From positions 1,890,001 through 1,922,000 of the forward strand of contig JALDRA010000001.1 in the NCBI GenBank assembly GCA_031316235.1: a DNA stretch of 32,000 nucleotides, in the 5' to 3' direction. The DNA comes from Candidatus Scalindua sp. (GTDB taxonomy: Bacteria; Planctomycetota; Brocadiia; Brocadiales; Scalinduaceae). The notes under the pieces are model-generated. The model saw nothing but the letters and a program-made list of their open reading frames with translations, was not told where the DNA came from and did no database searches. Shown in pieces: positions 20,074-26,669 of the stretch (its first letter is position 1; each line of letters begins with the position of its first letter). Both the position numbers and the translations under genes were made by a program.

Positions 20074-20476
20074 GAAAAAAACTATAACTCTGCCTGACGA
20101 AATCAATTCTTTGGAACCTTTAGGGAGGTATCTACTTACTAAGAGTCAGTTTTCCCACCAAAAAAAAAGAGTTAAATACACTGCTTTCATGCCAAATCCC
20201 AACAATTTAGAGTTATCAGTTTTTAGAATATCCGGACTTTCGCAAAACAAAATATGGGAAATAGGAGAAAAATATCTCACAAAGAATTTAGAGAGAACTC
20301 TATATGGTATAGCTAGAATTATTGCATTAAAAGTTACTGATAACAAAGTACAGATTAAGTCTGACAACAATCCACCTCGGCATGCTAATATTGTTGGCTG
20401 GCCAAATGAAAAATCAGAACAGAAGTTAATTGCTCAAGAACTTGCTGCAAATGCTCAATTAGAATTGAAAATATAG
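20024..20476 (+). CDS. Hypothetical small protein, no family recognised
   Basis: The only ATG in this frame upstream of the conserved-looking body is at 20024, which overlaps the previous gene by 50 nt, so the start is uncertain. Notable segments are ELSVFRISGL and PPRHANIVGWPNEKSEQKLIAQELA. The gene contains an in-frame A9 run at 20160-20168. Confidence 0.55.
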   Translation: MKYLKQLLIAFKEYFSKKKTITLPDEINSLEPLGRYLLTKSQFSHQKKRVKYTAFMPNPNNLELSVFRISGLSQNKIWEIGEKYLTKNLERTLYGIARIIALKVTDNKVQIKSDNNPPRHANIVGWPNEKSEQKLIAQELAANAQLELKI

Positions 20477-20916
20477 AAACCTGATCGGGTAAAAATACCC
20501 GTAAAAGAGATAAATGAGCTCCTTGAGCATTCCGGCAACTATGCGGTTATCTGGCAAACGTTCCTTCGCTAATTGCTCATAGAAGCACCATCACCTCACT
20601 TGATATTTATACGAAGTGTTACAATGAGGATCTCGTATCCACTATGGATAATATTGATGTAGCAAAGGGCAACCGCTAGAAATTCCTTGCTCATACTCAA
20701 TTACTTTGCTACACTTCCTCCATGGAGCAAGAAAGAAAAAAACAATTTCTGAGCCTATTTTCTATGGTTTTCTTGTGCCCGGATAGTGCCCGCATTTACG
20801 CCGTATTCTGCGACAAATTGCGAAATCTTGCGGCCTTTTGTGTTAAGACATGCCAGGCTTTAAGTTATTTTACTGTTGTTAGTTACAACGTAAATACCGG
20901 CCGTATAACAGCTCAA

Positions 20917-20990
20917 GCGCCCATAGCTCAAATGGATAGAGTAACGGTCTACGAAACCGCAGGTTGCCCGTTCGAATCGGGCTGGGCGCA
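20917..20990 (+). tRNA. tRNA-Arg (anticodon ACG), CCA not encoded
   Basis: GCGCCCA-TA-GCTCAAATGGATAGAGT-A-ACGGT-CTACGAA-ACCGC-AGGTT-GCCCG-TTCGAAT-CGGGC-TGGGCGC-A. The anticodon loop is CT-ACG-AA. Confidence 0.9.
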
Positions 20991-20999
20991 TACTCAGGT

Positions 21000-21485
21000 A
21001 TGACAACTGCAAATACGATGGCTGAATTTCGTTCACACGAATACTATATGCAACAGGCTATTACTGAGGCAAAGATGGCTTATGAGAGAGATGAGGTCCC
21101 TGTAGGAGCGGTAATAGTTCATGAAGGCAAAATTATTGCAAGGGCGCACAACCAGCGGGAGATGCTGCTGGACCCAACGGCTCATGCAGAGATGATCGCA
21201 ATAACGCAGGCTGCATCATTTCTTCAAAATTGGAGATTAAGTAATACAACTATTTACGTTACCCTGGAACCTTGCGCAATGTGCACGGGAGCGTTGGTCC
21301 AGGCAAGGGTCAAAAGCCTTGTGTTTGGGGCTACGGATGAGAAGTATGGAGCGTGTGACGCTGTGCTGGGATTAGTAAATAATCCACGTTTCAATCACCA
21401 GGTACAGAGTATCTCCGGAGTTTTAGAAGATGAATGCCGTACACTTTTGAAACAATTTTTTCTGGAGAGATGCCGGAGCGGTTGA
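21000..21485 (+). CDS. tadA: tRNA-specific adenosine deaminase
   Basis: Motifs EVPVGAVIV, HAEMIAI and LEPCAMCTGAL (the CDA zinc motifs). I chose the ATG at 21000, with an alternative ATG at 21018. The ORF-track TTG at 20964 lies inside tRNA-Arg. Confidence 0.9.
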   Translation: MTTANTMAEFRSHEYYMQQAITEAKMAYERDEVPVGAVIVHEGKIIARAHNQREMLLDPTAHAEMIAITQAASFLQNWRLSNTTIYVTLEPCAMCTGALVQARVKSLVFGATDEKYGACDAVLGLVNNPRFNHQVQSISGVLEDECRTLLKQFFLERCRSG

Positions 21486-21553
21486 ACGGGGCGGTCTCGA
21501 AAACCGTTGTCCATCTTGATGGACCGGGGGTTCGAATCCCTCTCTCTCCGCCA
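21464..21553 (+). tRNA. tRNA-Ser (anticodon CGA), CCA encoded
   Basis: GGAGAGA acceptor stem, anticodon loop CT-CGA-AA, long variable arm TGTCCATCTTGATGGACCG, T-arm GGGGGTTCGAATCCCTC, and TCTCTCC-G-CCA at the 3' end. Confidence 0.9.
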
Positions 21554-21559
21554 AGCTTT

Positions 21560-21652
21560 GGAGAGGTGTCCGAGAGGCCGAAGGAGCACGCTTGGAAAGC
21601 GTGTAGGTGGGTAACCCCTGCCTCGCGGGTTCGAATCCCGCCCTCTCCGCCA
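21560..21652 (+). tRNA. tRNA-Ser (anticodon GGA), CCA encoded
   Basis: GGAGAGG acceptor stem, anticodon loop TT-GGA-AA, a long variable arm, T-arm CGCGGGTTCGAATCCCGC, and CCTCTCC-G-CCA at the 3' end. Confidence 0.9.
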
Positions 21653-21767
21653 GTATACCTTCACCAAGATTTGGTTTTCGTCTTTACCGGAAACCAAATC
21701 TTGGTGAAGGTATACTCACTCAATTTTATCTCGGATTTTATCCGAAATCCAGTATGAGATGAGTATA
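21652..21767. repeat. Direct repeat copy 2: structured element with a 26-bp perfect hairpin plus a second hairpin
   Basis: The left arm agtataccttcaccaagatttggttt (21652-21677) is the exact reverse complement of 21691-21716, with a 13-nt loop between them. A second imperfect hairpin follows (tatactcactca...tgagatgagtata with tcggat/atccga inside). Positions 21668-21767 are 91% identical to 16781-16880. Confidence 0.85.
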
Positions 21768-21855
21768 ACAACTGCGGACGAAAGCTATAAGTATGAAAAG
21801 CCTTTGCGTATTTTCATATTTTTGTTCCAACGATAGAGGTTTACGCAACAACTTT

Positions 21856-22125
21856 GGCCGTGCTAGATGGGGAGCTAGCGGTTCCTTGTACCTGCAATCC
21901 GCTTATGCAGGATCGATTGCTTTTTGGAGGTTTTTCTGACTTTTGATATTTTTTATGTAAGTGGTATTGAAGGCCGGGTCTCAGGAAATAAGGCTATGTG
22001 AACCTGGTCAGGTGCGGAAGCAAGCAGCCATAAGCATTGATTTCTTATGTGCCGTGAGGTAGCCTAGCCGGAGCTAACTGCATAGAAAATTCAAAGGGAA
22101 GTAAATCGAAAAAAAGTGCACGGCC
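21856..22125 (+). ncRNA. ffs: Signal recognition particle RNA, long (Bacillus-type) form with an Alu domain
   Basis: The 5' GGCCGTGCTAGATGGGGAGCTAGCGGTTCCTTGTACCTGCAATCCGCT is an Alu-domain motif. The domain IV core is CTGGTCAGGTGCGGAAGCAAGCAGCC ... GTGCCGTGAGGTAGCCTAGCCGGAGCTAACTGC. The 3' GTGCACGGCC pairs with the 5' end and is followed by a T-run. It is collinear with my memory of B. subtilis scRNA. Confidence 0.9.
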
Positions 22126-22148
22126 TTTTTTCTTAAACTCAACACAAA

Positions 22149-23879
22149 ATGTCTTACCTCGTTCTGTCAAGAAAATATCGCCCCCAAAACTTCCATGAAG
22201 TTGTGGGGCAGTCCCACATTGTTACAACACTCGTACATGCGCTTCAGATGAATCGTGTTGCGCACGCTTATCTATTTGCAGGGCCACGAGGAGTAGGAAA
22301 GACCTCCATGGCCCGGATTTTATCAAAAGCTCTTAACTGTAAGAATGGTCCCACAGAAGAACCCTGCCTGAAATGCTCAATATGCTGCAGCATTACCGAC
22401 GGGAATGACATAGATGTGCTTGAGATTGACGGTGCATCAAATCGTGGTATAGACGAAGTGAGAAGTATTCGGCAAAATGTTCGGTATCGCCCTGCCCTTG
22501 GCAGGCATAAGATTTATATCATTGATGAGGTGCATATGTTGACAAAAGAGGCCTTCAATGCAATCCTGAAAACACTGGAAGAACCACCAGAACATGTGAA
22601 GTTCCTGTTTGCCACCACATCTCCCAATAGAGTTCCCGATACGGTTCAGTCACGCTGTCAGAGATTTGACTTTAAGGCTATATCTGTTGCTGACATAAGC
22701 AATCGACTGTCACAGATCTGTTCAACAGAGAATATCTTGACAGATGACGGAGTACTGCACACCATAGCAAGGTATGCCAGGGGTGGCTTGAGAGACTCAG
22801 AATCTCTTCTAGACCAGCTTGCATCGTTTTGCCACGAGAAAATCACCTTAAGGAATGTTCATGACGTTCTTGGAATTGTTGACGAAGAAAAACTCATAAA
22901 CGTAATAGATAATTTTATCGGGAGGAAACCCGAAACGGCAGTAAAAGTATTGCATGAAATCTCAGAGAACGGAAAAAGTGTTGAAGGATTCATCGATCAA
23001 CTGCTCTCCTACATTCGTGATCTACTCCTTGTTTCAATATGCAGTGAAAACCATAACCTGATAGATACGACTGCAAGGAATCTGGATTTGCTCAAAAAGC
23101 AGGCTTCATCACTTTCACCGGATTCATTGATGTATATGATCCAGATATTATCAGAGGCCAGCAACAAGGCCAGGGATCTGCTGCAGCAAAAAATTTTACT
23201 CGAAGTCGCATTTATCAAATTGGCAACCATGGAAGATTTGAAACCACTTACCACGGTTTTGGACAGAATACAGGATATGACACAACTGCTCGAAAGAGAG
23301 GGAAACGCAACAACCGCAGAAGCAACCAGACACAGAAATACTATAACAGTGCCAAAAACAGTATCAGTAAAAAATGAAGCGCTCTTAAATGAATTACCTT
23401 ATGAAAAACCTTCAGGCAATGCAGGTGGAAATGAAGTCCGCGAACCAATCCACAGCCAGGGGATCCCCGATGATATCGCTCTTGAGAGTACCTGGAGCGG
23501 AGTACTCTCAGAAATACAGAGAAATAAGAAGACATTGTGGGCCCTGTTAAGAAATTCAAGACTGTTAACTCTCAATAAGAGTGAAGCTACCCTGGAACTG
23601 CCGGCGAACTACCTTATCCATAAAAAAAGACTTGAAAAACCAGAGGAAAAGCTGCTGATTGAAAAATGTTTCGAACACGTAGTGGGAAATAAAGTGCAAG
23701 TAAGGTTGACAATATCGCAAAATGGTCGTAGAATGGGAACCGAAAGTACAGGGAACGATTTAATGGCAGGAAATATGCGGAAAGGGAATAAAGAAGCCGT
23801 GATGAGTGAACCTATGGTAAAGAAAACCACGGAAATACTCAATGGTTCAATCGTTAACATAAGGAGGAGAAAAGAATGA
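22149..23879 (+). CDS. dnaX: DNA polymerase III subunit gamma/tau
   Basis: Walker A GPRGVGKTS, a Zn module CLKCSICCSI, Walker B IIDEVHML, and SRCQRFDF. Confidence 0.95.
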   Translation: MSYLVLSRKYRPQNFHEVVGQSHIVTTLVHALQMNRVAHAYLFAGPRGVGKTSMARILSKALNCKNGPTEEPCLKCSICCSITDGNDIDVLEIDGASNRGIDEVRSIRQNVRYRPALGRHKIYIIDEVHMLTKEAFNAILKTLEEPPEHVKFLFATTSPNRVPDTVQSRCQRFDFKAISVADISNRLSQICSTENILTDDGVLHTIARYARGGLRDSESLLDQLASFCHEKITLRNVHDVLGIVDEEKLINVIDNFIGRKPETAVKVLHEISENGKSVEGFIDQLLSYIRDLLLVSICSENHNLIDTTARNLDLLKKQASSLSPDSLMYMIQILSEASNKARDLLQQKILLEVAFIKLATMEDLKPLTTVLDRIQDMTQLLEREGNATTAEATRHRNTITVPKTVSVKNEALLNELPYEKPSGNAGGNEVREPIHSQGIPDDIALESTWSGVLSEIQRNKKTLWALLRNSRLLTLNKSEATLELPANYLIHKKRLEKPEEKLLIEKCFEHVVGNKVQVRLTISQNGRRMGTESTGNDLMAGNMRKGNKEAVMSEPMVKKTTEILNGSIVNIRRRKE

Positions 23880-24217
23880 AGGGTTTCGGGAACATGGGTG
23901 ACATGATGAAGCAGATGCAGAAACAGGCCGTTACCATGCAAAAAAAAATGGAAGAGGTGCAACGGGAGCTCAAGGAGCGAGTTATAGAAACCAGCTCTGG
24001 TGGCGGCATGGTTACGGTTCAAGCAAATGGAAAACAGGAGATATTGAATATAAAGATTGACCCCGAGGTTGTTAACCCGGAAGATGTGCAGATGTTAGAA
24101 GACCTTGTATTAGCTGCGGTTTCCCAGGCTTTAAAAAATTCTCAGGAAATGCACCAGGAGGAGATGTCCAAAATAACTGGAGGTTTAAACGTACCCGGCT
24201 TATCAAACATGCTGTAA
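23876..24217 (+). CDS. ybaB: YbaB/EbfC family nucleoid-associated protein
   Basis: 113 aa with an ATGA overlap with dnaX. It occupies the canonical position between dnaX and recR and has the MMKQMQKQ...GGGMVTV...G pattern. Confidence 0.9.
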   Translation: MKGFGNMGDMMKQMQKQAVTMQKKMEEVQRELKERVIETSSGGGMVTVQANGKQEILNIKIDPEVVNPEDVQMLEDLVLAAVSQALKNSQEMHQEEMSKITGGLNVPGLSNML

Positions 24218-24230
24218 TAGATTATAACAA

Positions 24231-24860
24231 ATGAATTTTTATCCTCAACCACTACAAAAGCTGATAAAGGAATTGGGACGGATGCCTGGAATTGGGCAGA
24301 AAAGTGCAGAGAGGCTGGCTCACCATATTTTGCGATTACCATATGATGACGCCATGCAGTTAGCTCTGGCAGTACGTGACGTTAAAAAGGGCATCAAGTA
24401 CTGCTCAGTCTGTTGCAACATTGGAGAAATGGACCCCTGTTCTATCTGTAAAGACAATAATCGAGACAAACTTAAAGTGTGCGTGGTTGAACAACCCAAA
24501 GATCTTTACATAATAGAAAAATCGGGTTTTTATAATGGCCTCTACCATGTTTTATTCGGACATATAAACCCTTTAGAAAATGTAAATTCTGACGATATTA
24601 ATGTTGAGCGATTAGTAAAAAGAGTCAGGGAACAGGGTGTTTGCGAAGTAATCATTGCTACCAACCCTAATTTAGAAGGGGACGTTACTGCTTTCCATAT
24701 ACTGGAATGCCTGGAACCATTAGGGATAAGGGTTTCACAGCTTGCAAGAGGTATACCTTCTGGAAGTTACCTTGAATATGCCAATTCGGCAATTATAGCA
24801 GAAGCTATCAACGGAAGAAGATTAATGCAAAAGAGTTCGCCTGATTTTATTAAGAGATAA
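24231..24860 (+). CDS. recR: Recombination protein RecR
   Basis: HhH motif MPGIGQKSAERLA, Cys4 zinc finger CSVCCNI...CSIC, and a Toprim region VCVVEQPKD. Confidence 0.95.
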   Translation: MNFYPQPLQKLIKELGRMPGIGQKSAERLAHHILRLPYDDAMQLALAVRDVKKGIKYCSVCCNIGEMDPCSICKDNNRDKLKVCVVEQPKDLYIIEKSGFYNGLYHVLFGHINPLENVNSDDINVERLVKRVREQGVCEVIIATNPNLEGDVTAFHILECLEPLGIRVSQLARGIPSGSYLEYANSAIIAEAINGRRLMQKSSPDFIKR

Positions 24861-24865
24861 AAAAC

Positions 24866-26311
24866 ATGAAAATTGAAACTTCCTTATCTACACGGCTTAC
24901 GCAGCAGATGAAATTGGCACCGCAGGTGATTCAATCCATAGAAATTCTTCAGCTTCCGATAATGGCTTTAGTAGAACAGGTACAACAAGAGTTGGCCGAT
25001 AATCCTGTATTAGAAGAGGTGGTTGATACAGGCAAAGATAATCAAGACTCCACACAAATTGACGAATCTGATAACTCATCGAATAAAGAAGATTCGTATG
25101 AGGAAGAATTCAAAAGGCTTGGAGAGATGGCTGACGAATGGAGGGAATATTTCTCGCAGACAAATATCAGGAGAAGCAATGCTGCTGAGGAACGGGATCA
25201 AAAACAAGATGCCCTGGAAAATACCGCGATGAAATCGATCTCTCTTCAAGACTATCTCCTTGGTCAACTATCAATGGTTGAAACAGATGATTCGCTCGTG
25301 GAAATATGCGAAAACATTATTTACAGTATTAACGACAGCGGGTATCTCTCAGAGTCTCTTGAAGAAATATCAGAAACATTAGAAAATCCTGTGAGTATCG
25401 AAGCGGCAAAAAAAGCTCTCACTGTTGTACAAAACATGGAACCCCCTGGTGTAGGAGCTAGAAACCTGAAGGAATGCCTTTTATTGCAGTTAGACCAGAG
25501 AGATGTAAATTATGCTACAGCAAAAGAGCTGATTTCCAATTACTTGGAAGATGTTGAAACAAAAAAATATAAACTTATTGCTAAAAAATCTGGCTTTAAC
25601 CTGGAAACAGTGAAACAGGTAATAGAATTTATAAAAACACTCAACCCAAAGCCTGGTTCTATTTTCAACAATGAACAGATCCCCTATATCACACCAGAAG
25701 TAAGAGTTGATTACGTAGACGAAAAGTATGAAGTGACCCTGGTCGGAAACAACAATTTACCGCGTATTTACATCAGCTCCTTTTATAAAGACGTACTGAC
25801 CCAGAAAGATGGTGATTTAAATACAAAAAATTACATTCGAAAGAAAATTGAATCTGCAAGATGGCTTATTGATGCCATAGAGCAGAGGAAAAGTACATTG
25901 TATAAAGTTGCAGTCAAAATAGTGGAGCTGCAGAAAAAATTTCTCGATGAGGGAATACTCCATCTTCAAACATTAAAAATGCAGGATGTTGCTGACGTTG
26001 TTGGGATCCATGTATCCACCGTTAGCCGTGCTATCGCCCATAAATATATGCAAACTCCCCAAGGAATTTTCGATATGAAATTCTTCTTTACCGGGGGGTT
26101 CAAGAATGCGAATGGCTTAATGGAATCCTGGGAGGCAATGAGACAGAAACTGGCTAAGATTATAAATGACGAGGACAAATCAAAACCTTTAAGTGATGAG
26201 GAAGTCGCTGCTGAATTAGGGAAAATGGGTGTTGAAATTGCACGAAGAACAGTAACGAAATATAGAAGGACAATGAAGATCCCTTCATCAAGAAAAAGGC
26301 GAGAGTGCTGA
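24866..26311 (+). CDS. rpoN: RNA polymerase sigma-54 factor
   Basis: Region I is QQMKLAPQVIQSIEILQLP. The HTH is VADVVGIHVSTVSRA. The RpoN box is ARRTVTKYR. Confidence 0.95.
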   Translation: MKIETSLSTRLTQQMKLAPQVIQSIEILQLPIMALVEQVQQELADNPVLEEVVDTGKDNQDSTQIDESDNSSNKEDSYEEEFKRLGEMADEWREYFSQTNIRRSNAAEERDQKQDALENTAMKSISLQDYLLGQLSMVETDDSLVEICENIIYSINDSGYLSESLEEISETLENPVSIEAAKKALTVVQNMEPPGVGARNLKECLLLQLDQRDVNYATAKELISNYLEDVETKKYKLIAKKSGFNLETVKQVIEFIKTLNPKPGSIFNNEQIPYITPEVRVDYVDEKYEVTLVGNNNLPRIYISSFYKDVLTQKDGDLNTKNYIRKKIESARWLIDAIEQRKSTLYKVAVKIVELQKKFLDEGILHLQTLKMQDVADVVGIHVSTVSRAIAHKYMQTPQGIFDMKFFFTGGFKNANGLMESWEAMRQKLAKIINDEDKSKPLSDEEVAAELGKMGVEIARRTVTKYRRTMKIPSSRKRREC

Positions 26312-26669
26312 GTTTCTTTGAGATCAACCTCCCTGTCGAGCAGTGTTTCAGAACGAGAAAACAGAATCTGTCAATTTATTTATAGTCAAAATGGGAGTTC
26401 CTGTACAATCAAAACAGGCAGTATTTTATTAAAAAATTCCCAATTTTCACCTTTCACACAAACTTCAATTCAACTTTGTAAGCTCTGTATCCCTGAAATA
26501 TTCACCATAATGCTCCCTTCACCTGTTCTTCGATTTTTTACTTGAACCCGTATACCGAAAACATCTTAAATATGCGGTCGGGCAAAAACGCATTATGGCA
26601 GGAGTGTGAGAGAACCAAAAATTGATTTTTAACTTAGCCTTACGACCATAGGATATTTTTCGGAGCCTT

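Noticed and set aside
20474-20572. In-frame extension after the TAG stop of the last island gene (KPDRVKIPVKEINELLEHSGNYAVIWQTFLR)
   Set aside because: It is only 31 codons and has no recognisable motif. A short open stretch after a stop is expected by chance, and nothing supports readthrough or recoding.
17080-20720. Searched the island and its flanks for an integrase, transposase, recombinase or reverse transcriptase, and for tandem RNA repeats (ToxI- or retron-like)
   Set aside because: No ORF or ORF fragment on either strand resembled these. A 'tatacgaagt' string near 20610 matches part of a loxP arm but has no partner arm. Only short scattered repeats are present.
20722-21757. ORFs 20722..21003(+), 21395..21697(-) and 21434..21757(+)
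   Set aside because: They run through tRNA-Arg, both tRNA-Ser genes and the structured repeat. Their reading frames are by-products of RNA genes. The shared 'MVSGK.ENQI' start of 21395..21697 and 16508..16810 simply reflects the direct repeat.
23622-23629. A8 run in dnaX as a possible gamma/tau frameshift or transcriptional slippage site
   Set aside because: The run lies at about codon 492 of 576, well beyond where gamma normally ends (after domain III). It is read as cat-aaa-aaa-aga, so it does not form an A-AAA-AAG type heptamer in frame. No downstream stem-loop is evident. The evidence is insufficient.
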